Below are positions 45,575 through 56,239 of a stretch of 64,000 nt of DNA, piece after piece; position 1 is the stretch's first letter; the number at the start of each line of letters is the position of its first letter. A model generated the notes under the pieces. That model was not told the DNA's origin. It saw only the letters and a program-made list of their open reading frames with translations, and ran no database searches. Both the position numbers and the translations under genes were made by a program. This DNA comes from Candidatus Heimdallarchaeota archaeon (GTDB lineage: Archaea; Asgardarchaeota; Heimdallarchaeia; Heimdallarchaeales; Heimdallarchaeaceae), in NCBI GenBank assembly GCA_030603365.1, contig JAUVXV010000006.1, positions 110,306 through 174,305 of the forward strand, read 5' to 3'.

Positions 45575-46708
45575 TTATACTTTTCTTCTTTTCTTTAAAC
45601 TAACTAAGGTTATTATACAACTTAGAACTAGTGAGACCCCGATGGTTATCATCACACTCCAAATCTTCTGATTATCATTCAATGGGTAAGGTGTTGAATT
45701 AATATACCAAGATTTCAAAACTTCTTCAGCCAACTTCTCTTGAGGTGTGAAGTTCTTCAGATCATGTTCTGTATATATCGCTTCCCAATTCCACCAATAG
45801 AACCCTTTTAACCAAGAGATTTCATTAAAAACCTCAAGAGTAGCTTCATAACATAGAGCTTGTTCATTTTCATCTAACCTTCCTTTTTTCTGCCAATTCC
45901 AAGGATAAATATTACAGCCGTCTATACTTCTATAACCTAGTTCGGTGAAAATAATATCTTTCCCTAAAGAAGAAGAATAGTCTTCTAATTCAGGCAGATA
46001 TTTTTGCCAGCCTTTCTTCAATTCATTTAATGTTGGAACTGTAGAATATGTAAGAGTGTAGTAAGCATTCACTCCTATGTAATCTAACTCATCCCAGAAC
46101 GCTATTTGCTGATAACTATCATAAGTGGCTGAATATGTTAAAGGACCAGAATAAATAGCCTTTACTTCACCAATTATATCTACCCATTCTTCCAGATAGC
46201 TCTCTGTACTTCTCAGCTCGCATCCAATGACAAACAATTCAACACTTTTTTGATCTGCAACATCTGCCCAATAAGTGATATAAGTTGTGTATTCGTCAAA
46301 CCATTCCTCTGAAGGTTCGATAAGTGCTCTCCATTCTCCAGTCCTTATATCTACCATTGGTTTTAGAATCACTTTCAAACCTAGAGAGTGTGCTTCATCA
46401 ATAAACGTCAAAACGTCAGTTGTATTTACAGAATAGAGATCATAAGCAGGTTGAATTGCTGTAGATGATGGAGTTTCTTGGAACCAGAAGATGCAGAAAA
46501 CTACCCACTCAGTACCTGTTGATTTTAACCGCTGTAATGATTCTAAGGCTTTTTCATCTCTAAATTCTGACTCTCCCCAACCTATGAAAGAAAAACCTTT
46601 CTGGAAATCCAGTTGCTGATAAATTGATTCATGTATATTTCCATTAATCTGGGGAGAACAACCTAAAGGTAATAGCAAAGAAAGCATTAACCAAGATCTA
46701 TAGTTCAC
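45575..46708 (-). CDS. Glycoside hydrolase family 113-like, membrane-anchored
   Basis: GLKVILKPMVD, LFVIGCEL, FWDELDYIGVNAYY, IIFTELGYRS; C-terminal TM. Confidence 0.85.
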   Translation of the reverse strand: MNYRSWLMLSLLLPLGCSPQINGNIHESIYQQLDFQKGFSFIGWGESEFRDEKALESLQRLKSTGTEWVVFCIFWFQETPSSTAIQPAYDLYSVNTTDVLTFIDEAHSLGLKVILKPMVDIRTGEWRALIEPSEEWFDEYTTYITYWADVADQKSVELFVIGCELRSTESYLEEWVDIIGEVKAIYSGPLTYSATYDSYQQIAFWDELDYIGVNAYYTLTYSTVPTLNELKKGWQKYLPELEDYSSSLGKDIIFTELGYRSIDGCNIYPWNWQKKGRLDENEQALCYEATLEVFNEISWLKGFYWWNWEAIYTEHDLKNFTPQEKLAEEVLKSWYINSTPYPLNDNQKIWSVMITIGVSLVLSCIITLVSLKKRRKV

Positions 46709-46982
46709 ACTTCTACTATTCTTAGGAGTTATTTAAATATTCATCAGTAAGAAAAAGGAAGATCTGTTAATTTTTTGAAATTTATGTTCTAGAGGAAATT
46801 TCAGTTATTATCAGAAGCTGGTTTTCCACACATTCTCCACCTCGTTTTTAGATATTCAGTGAGTCTAGCTGGTTCTAGTTTAGACAGAAATTATATCCAA
46901 AACCTACATTTTACTATAAAATTGCTATTTTTGTTTCTATATCGATTTTACCTTGCAAAGATGAAGGTAAGAGTATGGGGAA

Positions 46983-48524
46983 ATGCTTTTATTCGTCACT
47001 CTTAGTGTTAACAATTCGAAAAATCTTGCTATGTTTCGAAAATATAGCAAAATAGAGGTCGATATTATGAAAATAAAGAATAATCAATTTAAAATTGGTT
47101 TAACTATTCTTATTATTAGTTTCTTACTATATTCTTATGAACCGTCTCAAATAACGGCAAATCTGAATAACAATTTCAACTGGGAATGGGGTACAATAGA
47201 AGTTGTTTCAACAGAGAGCTCAGATTATTGCGCGGACCCATGCGTTGCAGTTGATGATTTTGGTAACATTCATGTGGTTTGGGAAGAAAATACAAACTAT
47301 GGTGGAAGTGGAACTGACTATGACATTTTCTATAAACAATGGGATGCAACATCTTCAACTTGGGGTACAACAGAGGTTGTGTCCACAGAAAGCTGGGATA
47401 GCTCAAAAGATCCTTCTTTAGCAGTTGATGCTTCTGGAAATGTACATGTAGTTTGGGAAGACAATACTGACATTGGGGGGGCAGGAGACGAGTATGATAT
47501 TTTTTATAAAATTAGGATAGCCTCTCTCTCTACATGGACAGTAACTGAAGAGATTAGTATATTTAGTTTATATACATCATTGGATCCTTCTATAGCTATT
47601 GATTCTATTGTGAATATACATATAGTGTGGAGAGATAGTTCAACTTGGTCAGGATCAGGTTTGGATACGGATATTTATTATAAATTTTGGAATTCTTCCT
47701 CTAGTTCTTGGAACATCTCATCACTAGTTTCAACTGAAAGTACAGGTGCTTCATACGACCCTTCTATAACTATTGATTCCTCAGATAATCGGCATTTAGT
47801 TTGGTATGATGAGACAGATTATGATAGTAATGGTAACGATTTTGATATCTTCTATAAAGTTTCAAACGAGGCAACTTTTACGTGGTCATCACCTCAAATA
47901 GTAACTAGTGAAAGTGGTCTTGATTCCTACGCCCCGTCTAGTGTTGTTGATGTGAATGGAAACATTCATGTAGTTTGGATAGAGAACCAGGGTACTATTT
48001 CTTATCCAGAATCTAATATTTTCTACAAAGTTTGGATTTCATCTGTCTCTTCTTGGTCAATTGCGCAGGATCTATCAGCAGAGTTCAATATCCTTTGTAA
48101 CCGACCTTCTGTCTTGGTCGATTCAGCAGAAAATGTGCATGTTTTTTGGGATGAAGCATTTTACTTTATGGAAGAACCTTATGAAGTTAAGTATAAACGT
48201 TGGGAAACTTCTAGTTCCTCCTGGACTACCAAAGAAATTGTTTCTTCAGGTATTGGTGGTGGTGATAGAACCGCAATCAGTGCTTCACCAGCAATTGACT
48301 CACTAAATAAAATCCATTTAGTCTGGATGGACAACAATGATTACGATGGTAGTGGATTAGATGCTGACATTCTCTACAGAATGTTACTTGAAGCCCCTAT
48401 TGTTCCTGAGTTAGAAATCAATGTTTTAAATTTCCTCGAATACTTGATAATCTCAGGCCTAATATCAGGTTTTATTGTTCTACCAATCTTAGTTTCTAGA
48501 ATTCGCAAGAGAAATTTCAATTGA
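46983..48524 (+). CDS. Secreted beta-propeller repeat protein, paralogue of 34448..36205
   Basis: Seven similar EVVSTES/GNIHVVW/DIFYK repeats; VPEL + TM tail. Likely start is ATG 47067. Confidence 0.85.
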   Translation: MLLFVTLSVNNSKNLAMFRKYSKIEVDIMKIKNNQFKIGLTILIISFLLYSYEPSQITANLNNNFNWEWGTIEVVSTESSDYCADPCVAVDDFGNIHVVWEENTNYGGSGTDYDIFYKQWDATSSTWGTTEVVSTESWDSSKDPSLAVDASGNVHVVWEDNTDIGGAGDEYDIFYKIRIASLSTWTVTEEISIFSLYTSLDPSIAIDSIVNIHIVWRDSSTWSGSGLDTDIYYKFWNSSSSSWNISSLVSTESTGASYDPSITIDSSDNRHLVWYDETDYDSNGNDFDIFYKVSNEATFTWSSPQIVTSESGLDSYAPSSVVDVNGNIHVVWIENQGTISYPESNIFYKVWISSVSSWSIAQDLSAEFNILCNRPSVLVDSAENVHVFWDEAFYFMEEPYEVKYKRWETSSSSWTTKEIVSSGIGGGDRTAISASPAIDSLNKIHLVWMDNNDYDGSGLDADILYRMLLEAPIVPELEINVLNFLEYLIISGLISGFIVLPILVSRIRKRNFN

Positions 48525-48629
48525 GCTAGTATATACTAGTTCATACTTTTTCTCAATGTCATACCATTAGTTAAGGAAAGAGAACGTGCTATTCAGTAAT
48601 AGAAGTAATGGAGAAAAAAAAGAAAAGAA

Positions 48630-49739
48630 TTAGGTAAGATAGAAAAGATTACTTCCGTCTTCATCCCATTCTTGAGGTCTGTCATTTTTCCCTTTGATGG
48701 GATAGATAGAGTAAGCCCAATCAAAGTTTCCTTCCATGTCTGTATGATCACTTCCTCCTTGAATTAATCCTACATCTAGGAACCAATAAGTCCATGCTCC
48801 GTTTTCATACGATGGTTCATCATAACCATAACCTTTCGCAGTACAAGTTGTAGTAACATACATTATACCTACTGGATTATCTGCTTGTAATTCAGGAATG
48901 AATCCTCCTGAACTACAACTATCAAAGAACATGAAAATCTTACCAGCAGCAGTATTGCCAATTATAGAAGAGATTTCATAATCAAAGATGTCATAATCCC
49001 AAATAGTAGTGCTTGTATCCCATGAACAAATTGTGTGTTGAACTCTATCATATGCAGCACCATGACCAGAGAATATGAAGGCTATTGTATCTTCAGGGCC
49101 TTTACTTGCCACAAGGTTTTGTAATTCAGAGAGTATATTTGCTTTAGTTGCTAAACCATCATACTTAGGATAATCAGAGGTGTGACCATCCCCTAGTACA
49201 ACTATATTGTCATAGCCTATTCCATACAAGTAATTGTACCAATCACTTGCATCGTCATCGCAATAATCTAAATCGCTTAGATAGCCATAATCACTTATTC
49301 CTACAATAAGAGCAAAGTAATTCCCAGAAGGAGGAGGAGAAGGACTTCCATTATCTACATTAACAGTTATAGTATCTGATCCTCTCTTGTTTGCACTGTC
49401 ATAAGCTTTAGCTGATATTATATGAATTCTATCAGTGTAAGTTGTTGTATCCCAAGTATAGCTATTAGCATGAATCATGAAAATGCCATCAATATAAATA
49501 TCTGCAATTAAGGGAGTGTCTTCTTTGTCACTCGCTTCGACAGTAATCAAAACTGAACCAGTAACAGTTGCTCCTTTAGAAGGATTAATTATCGAAACAT
49601 TTGGTGTCTGTTTATTTCCTAGAGGTACAGGTAATTTTACTCTTGTATTTGGATTACTAGTAGCTTCAACACAAATCAAGAATGATGATAGTAAAATGAG
49701 AATAATAACAGATGTTTTTACTTTCTTCATTTTTATCAC
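48630..49739 (-). CDS. Secreted caspase-family (C14) peptidase with Ig-like domain
   Basis: ALIVGISDY, FSGHG, FFDSCSSGG catalytic dyad; signal peptide and Big-like N-terminal domain. Confidence 0.85.
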   Translation of the reverse strand: MIKMKKVKTSVIILILLSSFLICVEATSNPNTRVKLPVPLGNKQTPNVSIINPSKGATVTGSVLITVEASDKEDTPLIADIYIDGIFMIHANSYTWDTTTYTDRIHIISAKAYDSANKRGSDTITVNVDNGSPSPPPSGNYFALIVGISDYGYLSDLDYCDDDASDWYNYLYGIGYDNIVVLGDGHTSDYPKYDGLATKANILSELQNLVASKGPEDTIAFIFSGHGAAYDRVQHTICSWDTSTTIWDYDIFDYEISSIIGNTAAGKIFMFFDSCSSGGFIPELQADNPVGIMYVTTTCTAKGYGYDEPSYENGAWTYWFLDVGLIQGGSDHTDMEGNFDWAYSIYPIKGKNDRPQEWDEDGSNLFYLT

Positions 49740-49954
49740 TCAGTAGAAGAATGCTTCTACAAATAAGAAAGATAGTTGTTTTATTAATAAGGTTTACTGG
49801 GAGTAAGAAAATAATTCTTTCTTGATTCTTCCTTTACTTCATAAGAGAATTCTACTGTTTAATACCACAATTTGGACAAATTCTAGTTCTTTCCTTAAGC
49901 TTGAAACCACAATAATCACAGAATCTTGCTTTATTAATATCAAACATTTAATTT

Positions 49955-50938
49955 TTGAATTTTTTCTCAGACATCTTAAAAAGATGTATATTTTTTATCC
50001 AGAAATGTTTTTTAGTTATTAATCGTATATCAAACAAGTTAGCTAATAAAAACAAAATAGGTGAACGAATGAATCAAAGTAATTTATCCAGTCAAGTTGT
50101 CATTAAAGGTGTAAAATCTAATGGACAACCCTTTGAATTTCCTTTTAACACTCAAGATACTTCATTAATATTAAGTAAAATGAATCTAAAAAGCATTGAT
50201 TTAACACAATTAGCAAATTGTCCTAATCTGAAGATTCTTGACTTAAAAAACAATAAGCTAGAATCCATTGATCTTTCCCCTTTGACAAATTGCACTAAGC
50301 TAGTAGACATCTATCTTAGGGTTAACATGCTTTCAAGTATCGATTTGAGTCCTCTACAAAATAAAAAAGAACTAGATTATCTTGGTCTATCTTCAAATAG
50401 ACTTACTTCCATAGATCTTACTCCCCTACAGTCTTGTGATAAATTTAGATCATTAAGTCTTAGAAAAAATGAACTTACTTCTCTTGATCTGTCTCCTCTC
50501 CAATCTCTACAGAATCTAAGAGTATTATACTTGAACAAAAACAGGTTTACATCCTTGGATTTGTCACCGATAGAACATATAGTAGCAGAGTTAGTAATTT
50601 TCGAAGTAGACAAAGGAACTGATACAAAAGGTATTGCTAAACCTGGACTTCCTGCTGGTGCCAAGAAAACATTTATTCTAGTCTCAATATGCTTCTTTTC
50701 TAGTGTATTTGGTTATTTGTTGGCTTTATATTACCTAATAAGAAATAAGAAGAAGCATGCTCTATGGTATCTACTAACTGGACTTTTCACTACAATAAGT
50801 ATTGTGTTCTTCTGGCTTTCATCATTTTATGATGGACCAGGAGGACCTGGTGTCATGATTGCAACAGGTATAGTTAATTGGCTTGTAGCTTACTTCTGGT
50901 TGTGGGCAAAAATTACTGCTTTAGAGGAGCAGAAATAA
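49955..50938 (+). CDS. Leucine-rich-repeat membrane protein
   Basis: About six 22-aa LxLxxNxLxSIDLSPL repeats and three C-terminal TM helices. Likely start is ATG 50069. Confidence 0.88.
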   Translation: MNFFSDILKRCIFFIQKCFLVINRISNKLANKNKIGERMNQSNLSSQVVIKGVKSNGQPFEFPFNTQDTSLILSKMNLKSIDLTQLANCPNLKILDLKNNKLESIDLSPLTNCTKLVDIYLRVNMLSSIDLSPLQNKKELDYLGLSSNRLTSIDLTPLQSCDKFRSLSLRKNELTSLDLSPLQSLQNLRVLYLNKNRFTSLDLSPIEHIVAELVIFEVDKGTDTKGIAKPGLPAGAKKTFILVSICFFSSVFGYLLALYYLIRNKKKHALWYLLTGLFTTISIVFFWLSSFYDGPGGPGVMIATGIVNWLVAYFWLWAKITALEEQK

Positions 50939-51006
50939 AAATATAAAATACCATTCTCTTTTTTCCCCTTTATTTTTCTCACTTGAGATAGTTTTTTTCA
51001 TTTTTT

Positions 51007-51068
51007 CACCGACATACTTAGAGTTAAACAACCTATATACCTTCAGAAAAACATATGTTTCACAAAGT
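51007..51068 (-). repeat. Diverged duplicate of the promoter at 54984-55045 (orphan promoter/gene remnant)
   Basis: caccgacatacttagagttaaacaacctatataccttcagaaaaacatatgtttcacaaagt versus caccgatatagttagggtgaaacaacctatataactttagaaaaacgtatgttccacaaagt. Confidence 0.8.
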
Positions 51069-51114
51069 ACAATAACAATAAGATAAAAGAAGACAGAAAA
51101 GAGGAAAAAAGAAT

Positions 51115-52047
51115 CTAATTGACTGTGAGTACTTTCCTTGAATTTTCTGTAATGATTTTCTTGATCAATTCCTCTTCTATTCCTTCTTCAACACAATAAG
51201 GAACAAATTCCTGGAAAAATCTTGCATAAGGTCTCATTGGCCATTCTTCTTTTTCTTCTTTAACCCAGAATGAACCTGAATCTTGTCCAAAAAGCAACTG
51301 AGGAATTAGATTTTCTTCTTTCAATTTTTCTATTGCAGGAGGATATTTCTTGAAATCTTGTACAGAACCTATTCCATCAAATTGTAACCATATTCCTTTC
51401 TTCCCAAATTCAAGAATTTTTTCCATATCCATTTGACCATCAGCATGTACCCAGATGAATCTATGATAAGGTAGGTTTTCTTCTTCAATAATTTTGATAG
51501 CACTAGGCACAGATGATGCGTCCCAGATATGACATTGAATACGCATTCCTGTTTTCTTACTTGCTCTTGCTGCAGCTCGAAGGATTTTCTCTTGTAAAGG
51601 AAAGATCTCTCCTTCATCACCTAATGCTAGTTTAATATAACCAGGCTTAATTCCAGTGTCATCTATACCTTCTTCAAATTCTCTTGTCCAGACATTAGCT
51701 ATTTCATCAATGGTCATTTTCTTAATAGAATCAGGAATGCTTAGCCCTTTCACAGTACTTCCATCCCACGCACCTGTACAAGTGACAATGTTGAGACCTG
51801 ATTGTTTAGAACATTCGACTAGAACATCTAGATCTCTTCCTAGACCGAGAGGTGTAGCTTCCACAATAGTTTGACAGCCTTTGTTTTTTGCTTCAATCAA
51901 ATAAGGTAAGACATATTCCACAACTTCTTCAATAGTATATGTTCTTTCCCCGCGATCTGCTCCAATTATATCTACTACTATGTGTTCGTGCATTAATGTA
52001 ACACCTAAATCTTCCTTTGAAATTGGTCCCAAAACGGTATTTATCAT
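51115..52047 (-). CDS. Phosphotriesterase-family protein
   Basis: LGVTLMHEH, EATPLGLGRD, GYIKLA, HAD, GQDSG. Confidence 0.9.
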   Translation of the reverse strand: MINTVLGPISKEDLGVTLMHEHIVVDIIGADRGERTYTIEEVVEYVLPYLIEAKNKGCQTIVEATPLGLGRDLDVLVECSKQSGLNIVTCTGAWDGSTVKGLSIPDSIKKMTIDEIANVWTREFEEGIDDTGIKPGYIKLALGDEGEIFPLQEKILRAAARASKKTGMRIQCHIWDASSVPSAIKIIEEENLPYHRFIWVHADGQMDMEKILEFGKKGIWLQFDGIGSVQDFKKYPPAIEKLKEENLIPQLLFGQDSGSFWVKEEKEEWPMRPYARFFQEFVPYCVEEGIEEELIKKIITENSRKVLTVN

Positions 52048-52204
52048 TTTATTATAACTCTTTCCAATCGTTTTGGAAAGATGAATTCACACACTTAAAA
52101 CTCTTATCAGAAATAAAATCGTTGGGATTAAATTGAAATACAGAAAAAGGTTCAAGTGTTTGTTCTATTCTAACTGAAAAAAAAGCTTAAAATTGACTTA
52201 GTAT

Positions 52205-53536
52205 TTATTTCTTTGCAAATTTAAAGAATGATGATTCCTTATCCAAGTAAAGTTGATGTGACATTCCTACACTTTTCTTGTAGACTAGCCCTTTTCTTTC
52301 CATTTTGGCCACTATTCTAGATAAAGTTGCTTTTGATATTTCCGTGTTTCTAACTATTTGCGCTTGACTTATTCCTGGGTTTTCTATTACTTCTTTGATT
52401 ACTAACATCTCATTCTCATTTAGAAATCCTTCTAGTTTCTCTATATTCATCCCTCTGATTTGCTCTTGGGTTTTCTTATCCTCAATTACTTGTTCTACGG
52501 GTTTCAGCTGTCTATACATATAGAAAGCAAATCCTCCTAAAGCAAGAAAAGCAATACCCAAAACTAGTCCTACAACTGTCCAAGGATTTGATCCTTCTTC
52601 TACATAAACTGACACTTCGCAAGTAATTTCTAGTAAGCTCATATTGGTAGAGAAGAAGATAGCACCTGCAAAACTCCCTTCTTGAGAGATATCTAGTTCA
52701 GCAATGATTTCTTTCTGTGATGATGGATTCAAAACGATGAAATTAACAATCTCAAGTCTTGAATCATTAGTAACAATATTTACTCTAACATATGAGTTGA
52801 TTAGATTTTGAATAGTAAATTTCTGTTTCAAAGTTTTTCCACTTCGAGTGATATTCCCTATATTCCAAATAGTTGGACTGACGGATATTACCTCATAGGC
52901 TAAAGATGCTTTAAATTCCACAACTAGGTTGAAATCATCTAGCATAATTGTGTCCCAAGTCATCATGATTCTCTGATCAATTACACTTGTAGTTTGTGGG
53001 GGAGGAGTTGTTGAAAGTAGAACTAGATACTTCTCAAGATAAACAATAGCTGAGAAAACTGAAACAGTTTGTGTCCAATTTACTGAAAAATCTAACATCC
53101 TATTCTGAACTATCGTTTTTGTTGGAATTAAACCGAATATTAAAGCAGAATATTTTTCCCCCAAGTTTAGTGCTCTTTGTAGTTGAAAGGTAATTGAAGT
53201 AACATCTAATGTCTCATTATAACCCGAAATTATCAGAAGTTCATTGGACAAAGAATCAACAACTGAAACATCACTCACATTTCCTTTAATCGTTACTGTA
53301 TCAAGAAATCTAGTTGCATTCTCTTCAATCTGGATATATTCAATGGTCAGATTCATTCTTGCAATCATCAGATAAATGTTGACAACTAAATCAACCTTTG
53401 ATATTGCAGTTTGAAAAGATTGGTTAAGAACAGGAGCTTCTTTCTCTGGTATTTGTTTTCCCGAAATATGAGAAAGGTTAGTAGATGAAATTATGATAAG
53501 GAAAATTACCATAGAAAGAGCTGTTCTCCTGCTCAT
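52205..53536 (-). CDS. Membrane-anchored one-component regulator (extracellular domain, TM, C-terminal wHTH)
   Basis: Signal peptide, TM, then GISQAQIVRNTEISKATLSRIVAKMERKGLV. Confidence 0.8.
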   Translation of the reverse strand: MSRRTALSMVIFLIIISSTNLSHISGKQIPEKEAPVLNQSFQTAISKVDLVVNIYLMIARMNLTIEYIQIEENATRFLDTVTIKGNVSDVSVVDSLSNELLIISGYNETLDVTSITFQLQRALNLGEKYSALIFGLIPTKTIVQNRMLDFSVNWTQTVSVFSAIVYLEKYLVLLSTTPPPQTTSVIDQRIMMTWDTIMLDDFNLVVEFKASLAYEVISVSPTIWNIGNITRSGKTLKQKFTIQNLINSYVRVNIVTNDSRLEIVNFIVLNPSSQKEIIAELDISQEGSFAGAIFFSTNMSLLEITCEVSVYVEEGSNPWTVVGLVLGIAFLALGGFAFYMYRQLKPVEQVIEDKKTQEQIRGMNIEKLEGFLNENEMLVIKEVIENPGISQAQIVRNTEISKATLSRIVAKMERKGLVYKKSVGMSHQLYLDKESSFFKFAKK

Positions 53537-53630
53537 TTAACCACATTTTTTACTTACTTATACTAGTTAACATAAGGCTAAGGTATATTATATTCATTGT
53601 GTCTACTTTAACACAAAAAAAAGGAAAAGA

Positions 53631-54986
53631 TTAGAGAACTACTTCAATTGGTCCAACTGGTTCATCATATTGATAGTTTTCAATTGATAAAACAGTCAAA
53701 TCGTAGTCATCTATCATAATCCATAATCCATCATAGAAATCTAGGCTGTAGATATCTACATACCAGAAACCATCATAGAAGTATAGCCACATCTCGTATT
53801 CAGGATTGTCATTTATGAAATCTATAACCTCAGTGAGAGCCATTACTACAGCTATTACTTCACTCTCTTCATGTTGTGGAGGGACAGGTAAATATTGTTC
53901 TATATAGAGTATTTCTCCAGTTAGATCATCAATTTCTAAGAAGCAATATGCATCCCATTGAATCTCTGACCAAATCCAGACATACCAAGTACCAAATCCA
54001 TCATACCAGACATCTATGAAAGCATCTTCATACTGAGCTAGAAACTCTTGCACTTCTACTGTTGCGTTTGCTATAGAGAATATTTCCTCAGCAGTTCTTG
54101 TTGCAGGAATTGTCATCCATTTATCGATTATCTCTCCTGTTACGTCATCTATCCATACTTCCATCCAGTCCATGTAGTCGAGTGAGGAGAATCCTACAAT
54201 CCAGGTTATGTTATCTGTCCAGTACATAGGCTCATCCATTTCTGGATTTGTATCAAAAGTATCATAGAATTCTGTTAGATAGACATACATTTCATATTCG
54301 GGATGATCAATTATGAATTGCTGAACATCAAGATCAGCTAAAGCAATATCTACTACTTCATCAACAGTTAGTACTGTTTCATAGAAATCATCAGAAGAAT
54401 AGACCTCAATAATCTCACCTGTTATGTCATCAATAATTGCACTGCACCAAGAGTAGTAATAGTTATCATAGAAATCAACGTACCAGTATTGGAAATAATC
54501 ATAGAAAACATAGACTTCGTAATCTGGATGATCAGTGACAAATTCTTGCACTTTTTCATTAGATAGAGCGATGTTTATTACTTGTTCCTCTGTAAGGTTA
54601 GAATCCTCAGAAGCTATAAAGGTTTCAACTAGAATTGCTTCAGCTGTTAAATCGTCAATAACAACAAGAGCATAGCTATAGAAATCATCAATGACGAAAA
54701 ATAGAGCGTACCATAATTCATATTCTGGATCAAAGAAAAGATACAGTTCTACTTCTTCAAATTGAGCTAGAAACTCAGTTATTTCAGGTATAGTAGTTAG
54801 TAGTGCTTCTACTTCTGTTTCGCTTAAATTAGAGTTTGTATATAGTATATCATCAGGATTCTTTTCTCCCATTGGAAATATTCCCAATTCATCAGCCGAG
54901 AGAGCTAAACCTATTGCTATAGAACCAAAGAGTAGTGCCAAAATCCCGATGGTTATCATCGTGTGAGTTTTCTTCATTTTATTCAC
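53631..54986 (-). CDS. Secreted acidic repeat protein (PepSY-like repeats)
   Basis: Five ~70-aa repeats LTEEQVINIAL...VQEF....W.V.F.....IDD.TGEI. Confidence 0.75.
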   Translation of the reverse strand: MNKMKKTHTMITIGILALLFGSIAIGLALSADELGIFPMGEKNPDDILYTNSNLSETEVEALLTTIPEITEFLAQFEEVELYLFFDPEYELWYALFFVIDDFYSYALVVIDDLTAEAILVETFIASEDSNLTEEQVINIALSNEKVQEFVTDHPDYEVYVFYDYFQYWYVDFYDNYYYSWCSAIIDDITGEIIEVYSSDDFYETVLTVDEVVDIALADLDVQQFIIDHPEYEMYVYLTEFYDTFDTNPEMDEPMYWTDNITWIVGFSSLDYMDWMEVWIDDVTGEIIDKWMTIPATRTAEEIFSIANATVEVQEFLAQYEDAFIDVWYDGFGTWYVWIWSEIQWDAYCFLEIDDLTGEILYIEQYLPVPPQHEESEVIAVVMALTEVIDFINDNPEYEMWLYFYDGFWYVDIYSLDFYDGLWIMIDDYDLTVLSIENYQYDEPVGPIEVVL

Positions 54987-55032
54987 CGATATAGTTAGGG
55001 TGAAACAACCTATATAACTTTAGAAAAACGTA

Positions 55033-55051
55033 TGTTCCACAAAGTGAAACA
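55033..55051. promoter_or_regulatory. Dyad TGTTCCAC-AAA-GTGAAACA, putative operator
   Basis: 8-bp inverted arms with one mismatch, just upstream of the TATA box of the PepSY-like gene; a degenerate copy lies at ~51056. Confidence 0.5.
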
Positions 55052-55086
55052 AGACATATTATTTAGAAAAATAACGTTAGATTATA

Positions 55087-55671
55087 TTGGTAGCTTTCTG
55101 GAAAACAGTTATTAATGAAAAAAGAAGCTTTTTCTTCATGTCGGAAATAAATCAATCTGACAAAGAACTCGTTTCAGGTAAAAAAGGCATTTTTTCTTTA
55201 CCAGGTTTTCCTCTTGTTATCGGTTGTATTGGTAAAAATCTTATCACAGTAGCTGCAATTAGCATGGTTTCTTTTGATAATCCTCCTTTAATCATGATGG
55301 GAATTGTTCCAAAAAGATATTCCTTTGAATTGATAAAAAAAATAAAGGATTATTCTATTAATATCCCAACAACTGATCTTTTAGAAGCCGTACAATATTG
55401 TGGAAAAGTCTCTGGAAGGGATGTAAAAGATAAATTTGAAATTGCTGGGTTAACACCTGTCAAAGCTTCAAAAATCAGTTCATATCTGATAAAAGAATGT
55501 CCTGTTAATCTAGAGTGCAAAGTCGTTCATACTCTCGATTTGGGAGGAAGTCATACTTGGTTTGTTGGTGAAGTAGTTGCAGCTCATATAACCAAGGATT
55601 ATAGCAGATCGAAAGCTATCATGTTTTGGCCTGGAGAATATAGATATGTTGGAGATGTAATTGAAAAATAG
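55087..55671 (+). CDS. Flavin reductase-like (flavoredoxin) protein
   Basis: NPPLIM, SINIP, CGKVSGRD, ECPVNLEC, GSHTWFVGEV. Likely start is ATG 55138. Confidence 0.9.
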   Translation: MVAFWKTVINEKRSFFFMSEINQSDKELVSGKKGIFSLPGFPLVIGCIGKNLITVAAISMVSFDNPPLIMMGIVPKRYSFELIKKIKDYSINIPTTDLLEAVQYCGKVSGRDVKDKFEIAGLTPVKASKISSYLIKECPVNLECKVVHTLDLGGSHTWFVGEVVAAHITKDYSRSKAIMFWPGEYRYVGDVIEK

Positions 55672-55729
55672 TTTTGAAAAAAAGTATTATCTAATTATTT
55701 ACAATAGATTAATTGAGCTAAAACCAGAA

Positions 55730-55912
55730 TTATTGTTCTGAAGCTGGTTTCCCATTCATTCCCCAATGAGTTTTTGGATATTCTTGAACTAACACCCTAA
55801 CTGATTCAGGTTTAGAACCCATTTTCACGAAAACATCTGTTATTCCTGCAATTACTTCTTTGATTTGTTCCTCTGTTCTACCTTCCCATAACTGTACTTG
55901 AACTACTGGCAT
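55730..55912 (-). CDS. 4-oxalocrotonate tautomerase family protein
   Basis: N-terminal Pro (MPVVQV), GRTEEQ, HWGMNG; 60 aa. Confidence 0.9.
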   Translation of the reverse strand: MPVVQVQLWEGRTEEQIKEVIAGITDVFVKMGSKPESVRVLVQEYPKTHWGMNGKPASEQ

Positions 55913-56239
55913 ATTTATTCACCTTAATTTTATTTTATTCTTGTTTTCAGTTAATAGATTAATTATTAATTTTCTTGTTCGGCACTAGTTTTTCGCTCTC
56001 TAAGTTTGTGCAAATTAAAAAATAACCTAAGAGACTTCCAAGAGCTGCAGCGGCAGGTATTTCTGCTAATACAAAAGGGGCATGAGTAAAAATATCTCCA
56101 CCTACTTCACCCCCTCTAATGAACATCTATTCATCTCTTGTCATAAGTTTAGACCACACATTTGGTTATCAGTGGATTTGTATAATCATCTAATTATTGT
56201 AAGAAATGTTTGTTTATTGAAAGAGTGTAATTTAAGTAT

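Noticed and set aside
55960-56126. ~55-codon hydrophobic ORF on the - strand (MFIRGGEVGG...)
   Set aside because: No RBS or recognisable family; possibly a gene remnant, too weak to call.
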